From: Trichoplax sp. H2
Taxonomy: Eukaryota
Direction: 5' to 3'
Length of the DNA stretch: 64,000 nucleotides
Assembly: GCA_003344405.1 (NCBI GenBank)
Contig: NOWV01000002.1
Span: 186,001-250,000 of the forward strand
Shown: positions 1 to 15,705 of the stretch, piece by piece
Layout: each line of letters opens with the position of its first letter
How positions within the stretch are numbered: the stretch's first letter is position 1
The notes under the pieces: model-generated
Databases searched by the model: none
Seen by the model: only the letters and a program-made list of their open reading frames with translations
Told to the model about the DNA's origin: nothing
Position numbers and translations under genes: made by a program

Positions 1-621
1 AATAGGCTATTACAGATTGCAAACCCTCACAATCAGACCTAATAATACTATTACATAAACTGCCTAATAACTAGCCAACATTAGCGTAGAAATACCTATT
101 TTCTACTGCTTATAATTGTTATTTACAATTTACAATTCCATTGTACCCATTCATTCATGCTTTCTACACTGGCGATAAAAAATTGAAGAAATAGAACTCT
201 TAGTACTTGAATCTTTAATTTTTTATGCTATAACGAGAGTTCTTGGATTAAAATATCTGAACCCATAGATGTAAAAAAGCTATTCTGTAATATTCTAATT
301 TAAACTTTAAAGCCTTTTCGAATTTCTATATTACATTAACTTGCTATCTCAAGGCTGGACTTTTATAAATCACTATACGATAATTCTCTCCATTTTCAAA
401 TCGTCATCTTACTCGTACATTCAGTAGTAATGTATGTAAGATAGTTAAATAGTATTATTTATATATGGTATTAATAATTTTAGTTAAATCTCCTAGTTAT
501 AGATTCGTATGCGAACAATGAATAGATTACCTTAAATGCAAATTTTTACAATTACACTATAATTAATAGTTACTAGGCTTTAAAGCCTAACAGAGCCCTA
601 TTGAAACTATTTCTATTATAG

Positions 622-4732
<4,111 letters not shown>

Positions 4733-6041
4733 CTACAAATTTTAGCTATATGTACAATATTGATTAGTGATTATACCCATTTCTTTACAATTTTAATAAT
4801 GCTATTTCTTTCTTATTTCTAAAATGGAGGATGCATATACGTATATATCGGTAGCTATGCTATGATCATACTAGATTGTAAATATTGAAACAGTATTTCA
4901 TTATACTGTTTTCCTTTTCATGAGCAGTATATTTGAGTCGGCCAATTTCAGTTAATAGATACTTATCTAATGATACGGCTTAATAAACACCTATGCTTAT
5001 TTAATTAATGAACTCTTCAGATTGTATATCGAATATAATCCAACTGAAAGAAAACTATCGCCGTCTATTTTTTAACATTTATGTACGTTTTAACTATGAT
5101 CTGATTAGCTGCTGTAATCGATGGTACGATATTTTTATTATCTTGCTGTACTGTACAAATTTACGTATAACTAAAATTGGTAGATTACTTATATATTATA
5201 TGCATTTCAAGTATAAATAAAAATAAAGTTTTCTTTGTAAAATAAGTGGAATAGTAAACGGAGGTTAACCGTTTATCGTTAATAAATCACACAATCTACG
5301 TACGTAATTTAAAATTTTTAAAAGGTATTTTAACGTTATGCTTGTACGGTACTGTATTATGTATATTATACGCCTGATGTATCGCAAAATAGTCAAAGAT
5401 CAACACTTGATATAATTACTCTATGAATATACAAATGAAAGTAATTATTCTTATTGATGCATCATATTTATTTGGTTTTACTGCAGCTATTTATTGAACA
5501 TAAATGTTCAAACTGATAAATTAGTCCTAAATTATAATCTTATATAATTAACGCATACTGCCTTAAGCTATACTGGTATAATATTTCCGTTGATCAAAAA
5601 TAGCTTTTCATATTTTCTTAAAGATTCTGTTATAGAATATTATCGTATATAGCGCTACACTTCTACCAATCCCTTTAATTCCAAGTTTATAATTAATTTA
5701 TAGATTGAGATTTACACTAATAAGAAATTACTGGAAATCATAGAATAAAACCGAAGCTCATGCGATAAATAAGCGGGCTTATTGTGTATGAACACGGTGA
5801 ATACAGGATCACTATAAAGGCAAATTCCCTACACCCATACATCCAACAATGAATTGCATGTAATTAATGCGCTTCAATTATAGAGAAACATTAAAATTTA
5901 TACTGGAATAATTAATCAAATTAATAATATCCTGCTCGGAACATCATATTTAAATAGCTATAATCAGCGGCACCGAGTGTACTTAGATTCTAATTACAGC
6001 AGTATCAAACATTAAAAATAATTATCATTTTCTCAATATGA

Positions 6042-8962
6042 CTAATCTGCATTTGTAATATTGTTGTTAGAGGCCTGAGATGGACATTCAAAGTAAGTAC
6101 AGTGAAAAACCTGTATAAAAGGGTAGATGAAGTTTTATTAATTAGATCTGATAAAAATAGGAATAAATTAACTGGATTGTTCGATGAAGCAATGTATATC
6201 ATCAGTGCGATATCAAGATAAAACTTACATCATTAACAGAGTTTTTCGTTCCGACAATTTTAATAAAGGAAACAGGTTTAGTGTCAAATTGTAACTCCTG
6301 CCACGAGCTTTTAGGTAAGATAATTAAATAAATCAAATTTTTGTAGTAATGTCTCGAATACGAAAGATTATATTATTAAAGTAATCAATACTGCGCTTTG
6401 TAAACGAGAAAATATCGTACCGGCATTGACTGCCTTTTTGATCCTTTATACGGATCCAGTCTTCCTGATTTACGGATATCTCGACATAATAACTATACCA
6501 ACGATCGTCTAAGTCCCATAATAGAAATCTAAAACCAAAAATTATCGCTTTTTAATCTCATACTATTATAAGCCGAAAGATTTTAATGCATCATAACCAA
6601 TACGATTTTTTAAAAAGAGAATGAATGATTACAAATGCCCTAATTCTTACCGTAGAGAATTAATTAAATATGGTTGCCCGAGTTGTATAACAATGCCGCA
6701 GGGACATCCGTTTATCTGATGACATACATAACCGCAGTCCCAGTCATAGTCTTCAGAGAAAGCGCCACTTAAAAATTTGTTATTGGATCGATTAACGCCT
6801 TGTATCAGAGCTGCACCTTTGTCGTGTACGGCAATATTAGTGTTTGGTACTGTAATTAAAGAAAAATTTTAGCAATCAGATCCATACTGTAAAATACGCT
6901 TTCGCTTAGCGTTATTTACAACGATACTTTTATATTAAATCCGAATATTCTCTGTAAATTAACTAATTGTATTCACAAACCCATTAATCCATTCATATAT
7001 TCACGTATTGGCCATGATAGTTTATTTAAATAACATTCAAATGACATGACACAAAATCTTCGGTTAATAATATTTCTGCTTCCAATAACTCGAATATATC
7101 TAATAATCAAATGATATATATTAAGTTATTGTTAAATCCATTTATCTTTCAATTTCAGTACAATACTACAATTTTCATTTAAATATACGTTTACCTTACA
7201 ACAGTAGGATGAAACATCAAGTGTTGCCACGAACGACAATAATAACCACGATAATCGATGATTTCTTTCCAATTTATATTATCAGTTGAAACTTTAATGT
7301 AATAAGAATTTGATGGACTCTCTTTATCCATCAAAAGCATACGAATCATATTAACGATATATTCACGTCCTAGAGTAATTAATACTCCACCGTGGTCATC
7401 TTTTAAATCAATGTCATGATAACCTATACCATTTTGCCAATCATAACTTATTGAAATTTCTGATGGATCACGCTGATTTTCAGCTAAAATAGTAGCACCC
7501 AAAGATTTGGCGGCAACATTATTATCTTGAACTATAATTCGATGACATTTAGTTTTGATTGTTAAAGATTATTTATTAAAAGCATCAATAAAATTGATTT
7601 TATTACGAAAGTTTACCCACCGGAATACCCTCTAGGTGTTGATTCCAAATAATTATTAACATCAATATCCTGTATAGTATCAAGGATAATTTCTGGCGAG
7701 ATCAATTTTGTCTCACGAACGACAAGCAAAAGATCGCGTCGATTAATAAGATGTAATCTGATGCAGGGTATTACCTATAAGAGATTGCACAAGAATTAAA
7801 AATAACGTTAAACTAGCTAGCTTTAATTACTGTAGTATAACTATGTTAAGTTTCAGTATCTATAAACCTTCAAGATGTGTATAATCATGAACTTTTATCC
7901 AATTTACTTTGTAGAATGTAAGACACAGTTTACTTGAGCAAGGTTGTAACGTACGTTATTTAACTATTAACTTTAAGACCTCAATTAATCTCTCGTCAAA
8001 TTCTTAAATCTCAGGATACCACGATAACAATAAGCAATTTGTATTCTTGTAGATAATCAACGCTATATTCTACTTGTACAGTAAATAACTTTGTCACTGT
8101 ACGAGAGGATACGACTTACAATGTTATAATTGTAAGTACGTACTGTATATGTCACTTGTAGCTTTAGACTTAGTTAATATTATGCCCTCAATTCATATCG
8201 ACTGGTTTGAAGTGATGTAGTAAAGTAATATAACTCATTTTATTTCTTCAAGGAATGAGTGTTATAAAACGCGTTGTTTTACACAATTAGTAAATAATTA
8301 TTATTTTTACTTACATCCTCTTTATCTATTTCAGGATTTGCATTTAGCCATTGTGCCACAGAATTAAAAATGACAATTTCTTGTGTAAAAAAAGAATCTC
8401 TGGATAGCAGATCTACTAACGATGACTTGGAAAGGGTAAGGAATCCATCGGATTTCAAGACATCCTCAGCGTTAGCGTCAGCAAATTGTAGGCATTGTTG
8501 GCGTAGTGATGGAATCTCGTATAAGCCGGCAATTTCGAAAATATCGCAAGCATTCTTACCGTTTAATATCGAAGCTAGATATTTACAAATGGCTTCTTGC
8601 AACAATTCGAAGCAGTACTGATGAGCTACGGCTAAAAGATCGATTATTTCATCTTGACTGAATAAAACCAAATCCAGACCACCACTGTAAGTATAGGTTA
8701 ATAACCGATCGAAAGCTTGACTTTTAATACCATGTAACCTAATCTCACTACTTGATTGAGACTCTTTCATGCCGTTAAAGAATAAGGCTTTAAAATAATT
8801 GGACCGACATGCTAAGATGGCTTTATGACACGAAAATCGGTGCTCTTCAACGACGATAGTGATATCGGTAAATTCACCACTATCCATAAGATTTTTCAGA
8901 TCGTCAGCTAGCGATCGAATATGGCAAATTTCTGATACCGATCCAGTAGATATTTCGCACAT
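6042..8962 (-). CDS. BTBD9: BTB/POZ-BACK protein with C-terminal F5/8 type C-like repeats (BTBD9); about 8 exons
   Basis: ATG at 8962. Exon 8962-8315 encodes BTB and BACK (FSCHKAILACRSNYFKALFFNGMKES). Later exons (7774-7621, 7531-7195, 7099-6981, 6849-6651, 6529-6421, ~6308-6229, 6110-6042) give CRSWQHL, YDWDCGY, LGQPYLINSLR, LLWDLDDR and VFHCTYFECP, stop 6044-6042. Confidence 0.92.
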
Positions 8963-9079
8963 GTTTTCTTTCTTGTACTGCTGTACGTACGGCCACAGTC
9001 GATGTAGAGTAGTAGAGTGCAGTTTCAAAGATATCAAGTTAGTGTTAAGTTGGTGATTGCTCCGGCAAGGACACACTAG

Positions 9080-10010
9080 ATGGAGTTTCCGATACGACAG
9101 GGAAAATGGATCACAATTTGCACATTACTACAGTAATTTTCTATCTATTCAAGAGAATAGCAAAATCACTTACCCTACAAGACTTAATTGTTACGCCCTT
9201 GATTTGGAAAGTTCTTCAATAAACGAAAGTATTGATTTCTGCTAGCAATGATAAGCACACAGTAGTCTATGAAATTTTGGATAAGAAAGTCGAAATGGAT
9301 TGCAATATTCACACTATTACAGCGATTTTTCTATCTACTCAAGAGAATGGCATAATCACTTACCCTACAAGACTGAATTCTTGCGCTCTTGATTTGGAAA
9401 AGTTCTACACTGGCAATTATAGCAGAAAATAGTGTATTGATTTCTGCCAACAATGATAACCACACTATTCGTATGGTCTGTGAAATTGTGAGTAAGACAG
9501 TCGAAATGGATCGCAATTTGCACTCTACTACAGCGATTTTTCTATCTAGTCAAGAGAATAGCATAATCATTTACCCTACAAGACTGAATTCTTGCGCTCT
9601 TGATTTGGAAAAGTTCTACACTAGCAATTATAGCAGAAAATAGTGTGTTGATTTCTGCCAACAATAATAAACACACTACTCGTATGGTCTGTGAAATTTC
9701 GATACGACGAGGAAAATGCATCATAATTTGTACATTACTACAGTAGCTTTTTCCCTCTATTCAAGAGAACAGCATAATTACTTACCCTACAAGATTTAAT
9801 CGTTGCGTTCTTCACTGGCAATTCCAGCGGAAAATATGAATTTCTGCCCAGCTATGATAAACACTCACTGTGGTCTGAAATTTTCGATATGACAGGCAAA
9901 ATACATCACAATTTACACGTTACTATAGTAATTTTTCCATCTATTCAAGAGAAAAGCCCAATCCTTTACCCTACAAGACTTCTTTCTTGTGCTCTTGATG
10001 AGGAAAACTT
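9080..10010. repeat. Tandem array of about 5 units of ~190-211 bp
   Basis: Anchor TACCCTACAAGA at 9171, 9361, 9572, 9783 and 9967 (spacings 190, 211, 211, 184). The middle copies are nearly identical. The repeated ORF-track peptides (YPTRLNSCALDLEK) come from this array. Confidence 0.95.
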
Positions 10011-10279
10011 CTTCACCGGTGATTATAAATGGAAGAAATGATAATTAAATTCAACATTTTGAGCAATGTTGTTATTGGGGCTAGGCAGCAATTTCTGAAT
10101 GGATGATTGCAGCCACTGACAGCCACGACTGACTGACTGTCAGTGTTATACTGTTCTACTGTGCTGTAGTGTGCAGCACGGTATCGGACAAAGGGCCAGA
10201 AAGACGCTCCGAGAAAGACTTGTTCAGTATGAGAAGACACCAATTCAAGATGTCGGAAGACGATCATGCCAACCAAGGA

Positions 10280-12280
10280 TGGGATAGTATAGAAATATTA
10301 GCCGGAAATGACGTATAATGCACAAGAATTTAGAAATGGAGATTTTCTAGGGTAGAATGGCGGGAAAGTAAAAATATGAATTAAAAGCAATCTTCAATCG
10401 AGTATAATTTGCAATGGGAAGTATTTCCTGACTGGGATAGTGTAGAAATGAATGAAAATGGCGAATAATATTATTGAGGATAATTTGGAACGGTTGATTT
10501 TCTACGGTAGAATGGCGGAAAGCGTAAAATATGAATGAAAAGCAATCTTCAATCGAGTATAATTTGCGATGGGAAGTTTTTCCTGACTGGGATAGTGTAA
10601 AAATGATGAACAATATAATTGAGGATAATTTGGAACGGTTGATTTCCTATGGTAGAAAATGGCGGAAAGCGTAAAATATGAATTAAAAGCTATAATTTGG
10701 AAAGGGAAATTTTTCCTGACTGGGATGGTATAGAAATGAATGAAAATGGCGAATAATATAATTGAGGATAATTTGGAACGGTTGATTTCCTATGATAGAA
10801 TGGCGGAAAGCGTAAAATATGAATTAAAAGCAATATTCAATCGAGTATAATTTGCAATGGGAAATTTTTCCTGACTGGGATGGTGTAGAAATGAATGAAA
10901 ATGACGAATAATATAATTGAGGATAATTTGGAACGGTTGATTTTCTACAGTAGAATGGCGAAAAGCGTATAATATGAATTAAAAGCAATCTTCAATCGAG
11001 TATAATTTGGAAAATGAAATTTTTCCTGACTGGGATAGTGTAGAAATGAATGAAAATGACGATAACTTGGAGATTTCCTGACTAGAGATAGTGTAAAAAT
11101 AGCAACTGGAAATGACGAAGAATGAAATATAATTACAAATTGAGACTTTTTCTGATTGGGATAGTGTAAAAATACGAACTGAAAATACCCATAAATCGCG
11201 TATAATTTGGAAATGGAGATTTTTCCTGACTGGACATTCCAATGGTGTAAAATGATGAACTAGAAATGACCAATAATCGGATATAACTTGAAATTAAAAG
11301 ATTTTTCCAGCGTAGGATAGTTAAAATAAACAGGAATAATTTCCTAGAAATCACCAAGAATCAAGTATAACTTGAAAATGGAGATTTTTCTAGAGTACGA
11401 TCGTGCCAAATTAAATAGAAACTGGAATTATCCAAGAATCGAATATAATTAATTTAGAAATGGAGACTTTTCCTGACTTGGATAGTGTAAAAATATGAAG
11501 GGAAAATAATCTTGAATCGAGTATCATTTGGAAATGGCGATTTTTCTTAGCTGGAATCGGTAAAAGTATGAACTGAAAAGGATGAAGAAGCGAGTATAAT
11601 TCGAAAATGGCAATTTCTCAGAGTAGGATAGTATCGAAATAAATAGGAAGTGTAAATGACGAAGAAATCGGGTGTAGCATGGAAATTAACCATAAACGAC
11701 GTATAATCCAATATCAATTTGGAAATAACGATTTTTCAGTTTCAGTGGGTATCAAATGGCCTCTGTATCACATATTTATGTTAACTGAAAACCAAGTATA
11801 ACTTAGGAATGGATGATTTTTCAGTTTTAGTCGGCATCAATGGCTCTTTGTGTCATATTATGATTAAATGTAGCAACATATTGTGTCTAGTGTTCAATAT
11901 TAGCTGGAAATGGCGTGCCAGAATAATCGAATAGAGCTTGCAAATAGATTATCCAGAGTGAGGTAGCATAAAAATATTGCTGGAAGCAACTTCAGTAATT
12001 GACTATAAAAAAAATGGCAATTTTCCAATTGCAGTGAGGTAATATGTCATATGTAATTTACTCATGTAGACTGATTAAAAATGACGTATCAATTGTATGA
12101 TAGAAGAGGGATTTGGAAATGACAATTTCCAGTTGGGGTAGGTATCAATGGCTCTCTGTAAGAATCGACTTCTATTAGTAGTTTCTACTAAATGAAAACG
12201 ACATACTGTATCATGCAGTCTATCTTTGTAAATGTTGATTTTCTAGTTTCAGCGGGCATCAATGGCTCTCCGTGATATTG
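10280..12280. repeat. Satellite-like array: ~75-80 bp monomer with a ~155 bp dimer, degenerating rightwards
   Basis: CCTGACTGGGAT at 10427, 10582, 10715, 10870 and 11025 (spacings 155, 133, 155, 155). (G/T)ATAATTTG recurs every ~70-80 bp to ~11600. A diverged variant containing TCAATGGCTCT continues to ~12270. Confidence 0.92.
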
Positions 12281-15200
12281 ATAATATTAAAGCCTTTAAA
12301 AGTGCTTGAAACGATGAAGAAAATTGCCCTTTTAGGCCTTCTCACGAGCAAAGAGTGGTACTCGAAATACCCAAGTCCAAACTGATTTACTATAAAAACC
12401 GTATTTTACCAGCTTGAATCATTTGAGCACATTTTATGAAGAGTTTTTTCATTCATTGCATTCATTCAACTCGGTATCCATTTTGTTTTTTTAATATGGG
12501 AGGAGGAAGAGAACATTGAAAGCTAGGCACCAGCCAACGGTAGTTCTACAGATTACGGTACTCAATTTTCCCCCAAAGTCCTTTTACTTTCGTTATACGG
12601 TAGTTATTCTATAGCGTGCCACTTTAATATAGATCTAATCTTCCACGACACTATTAGTTTTATTCAATTTAACAAACACATACAGTCCAAACAATATTTC
12701 ATTCTCGAAATCTTTTTTATTCATCGTATACATTGTCGTTGAAGATTCATCAATTTCCTCTCGTTCGATGATCCAATGGAATATTGCTATATAAAGATTT
12801 CTTTCAATATTTTTTAATCATTCATTATTGAAAGCTTTAACTTTTATGCACGTGCGAAACTAAAATTCTCACTGAACTTGACCAGTAATAAAAGAATAAA
12901 GAAAAAATAGGGAAGGCAAATAGAGTGCATCACATTAGCAACAGGATATTCAGATGTATACTAACATAGTTCTACTTAACTCACTGTAAAAAGGAAACAT
13001 CGGCCTTGTAGAGTATTGTCAGAGCTAGGATGTTCTGTACTACATATCGTAAGATAACTCTTCTTAAGTTGATCTCTGTAAAAGAAATGGAAATATCGTC
13101 GTAGTAGCACATTTTTCAGTAAGATAGAGTAAAATAATTCTAGAGATTACTACTGGAAAAAAAAATGTAAAACATCAGGTTTATTAATCCACTAAAATGT
13201 CGTTAAATGTTGATTTATAGTCTATTCGATAAGCTACGATAACGGCTATAAAAAATCATATCTCTCTATAAGCAGCCTCTATAGAATTAATAAAATTTCC
13301 AATTTTTAATACAAATTTTTAAACTCTTTGATCTCCACAGCCGCTAATAGAATGTAATAGGTTAGCGGAAGTCCATTCTGTTTTTAGTATTTAAGATGGC
13401 TTTATTGAACTCAACTTGATCACTAATTAATATAAAATAAATCATACATCAGTTTAGTATAATGAGATGGAGAAAAATGATACCATGAGTGAGCGATTGG
13501 AATAAAATTTCAAAGCCTCGCCTCAATCAATGTTATTCATTAACAAGATTTCTATAACTAATTCTACGATATTTTCTACCCAAGAATTATAAACAAAAGT
13601 TTAGATTCTTAGTGGAGGACACTAAATAAGACAGTAATTGTCTTTAATTACAAAAATAAATTCGACTAATTTTTATTTAGTGATCCATTACTCTATTAAT
13701 TCCAAACTGTAACATTTACTTATTACGAAAGATTCGGAATAAAATTTGACTGAATAATTAAATACAATCATAAAGATACATGTAATAAAAGTCTTCAAAT
13801 TCCTGCGTGAGGGTTAGACTTGAATATTTTATTAATATAGCTTCCATTCAGCTAGAATAGGAGAATAGTAAGAATTAGTAATCAAGACTGTACTAATTCT
13901 AAAATATTCGCTTGTTATTAAAGGCTCTGAATAGACTTTGATGGAATAATTAAATACAATTACACATAAGATCTATCATATATAGACACATTGATATAGT
14001 ATTCAAATTTTCTGTACATAGATTAGAGTTAAAAAAAGATTTTGTTAATGTGGATTTCATTTTAGCGAGAATGAGTGATCTGATTTAAAGTAAGCTTGAG
14101 TAATACAGGCATGGTGCTAGTGCGAAATATTTCAAGGCGATACTCATAATAATACTTATATAGCAACGGATGTATATAGCTCTATCGTTAAAACTAAAAT
14201 CCACGCATTTCCATCTTCGTGTCTATAATGTATAAGCTGGAATGTGCCTTCCTTTTACCGAATAAATCTTGGTCATTATCTAATTAGATAGGTTAACTTA
14301 AGCCCTAAATTTAAAGTACAGATAATTCTGATATTTCATACTGTATAATTCTGCCTTTAAAGAAATTGTATCAGTCCACTGCAAGGGCGACTAATTATAT
14401 AAAATTATACCATTGATTGATTAATCTTTTGCAAGCTTACTTTTAATGAATAGTGTTTATTAGCAGAAATATCCATATTAACAACAAAAAATACGGACCA
14501 CAATTATACTAATACGAGACAATCATGTTTTTGAAAGTATTTATAATTATGATTCTTAGAATTACTGTAATTTAAAAATAGTTTACTGTTTTTCTTAATA
14601 GGAATGACGATTTGATTGGTTATACTCGTACAGACAGCTTAATTGTTATCGCATCGACATTGATTGACAGTTAATAAACGTAAATTGATTCTCAGACTGC
14701 ACAAAATTAAATTAATTTTTCTTGGCAATAAATGCAAGGGTGACGATAACCAAACAGGCCTGGCGTTAAAGCATCTACAATTTTGTCAATTTACCTGATC
14801 ATTTTTTGATGGTTTAATTGTATTACAACGATGACATTCGTCACGTATTTAATTAAAAATCAGAAACTCAATAACAATTTTGAATTCGAATTTCCTTATT
14901 GGTGTTCATATGATTATTTTTGATTACCTTAAGATCATCATCGCAAGATAAATAAGTATAAATCTGTTATATTGTGCATCTAAGGGTAATTTTATAAAAT
15001 TAGTGAAAGTTTCAACAAGGTTCACGCTAAAAGAAGGATAGCAAAAACCTGCATCATGTTAAATCAGTAGCATTTTTTCTCGGGTAACTCTTCCTGTGTC
15101 CAACAGAATTACAATTTATGGCACTTTACAATATAATCGATGGTGAACGATGTACTGTATATTTATTATAAACGTAATAAGACATACTAATCAGTGCTAG

Positions 15201-15705
15201 TAATAAAATAAAATAAATATGATTTTAGCCACTGTACAGTAAATAATTTGATCTTTACAAAGTACATATAGTATAATTTTTACACTTACACAATAAAATG
15301 AAATGAATTACAGTAATATTCCTAATAAATGACTTCTATAATCCCTGATAATTTTGAGTTACGCGTATAAACTTAAAATACAAACGTCATTACTCTTGAC
15401 TGCTTACGATTGCGGAGTAATAAAAACTTAGCAATTAAAAGTTTTTCACTAGGGTCAACTCTTAATACAAATCTTTAGCCCTCAGTACTAAGATACATAT
15501 ACATACAGAAGTGTAAAAACATGCTCTTTACAGTAAAACGGAATCAGTAAACTTTCTCTGGTCTGATCAACAAACGTATAACTGATGATAATACAAATTG
15601 GAAATATGTGAAAATGTTTGTATGATATTAATCTTTCGCTCATCTTAAATAATATGCGTAATCGTAGGTGCTTTAGGCATTGCATATCGTACTGTTACTT
15701 TTAAA

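Noticed and set aside
5255..5280. Hairpin TAAACGG...CCGTTTA downstream of NEK11
   Set aside because: A 7-bp stem is expected by chance, and bacterial-style terminators do not apply here.
9057..11357. Short ORFs in the tandem arrays, and a CRISPR-like look
   Set aside because: The ORFs are by-products of repeat units whose lengths are not multiples of three. There are no unique spacers or cas genes, and the context is eukaryotic.
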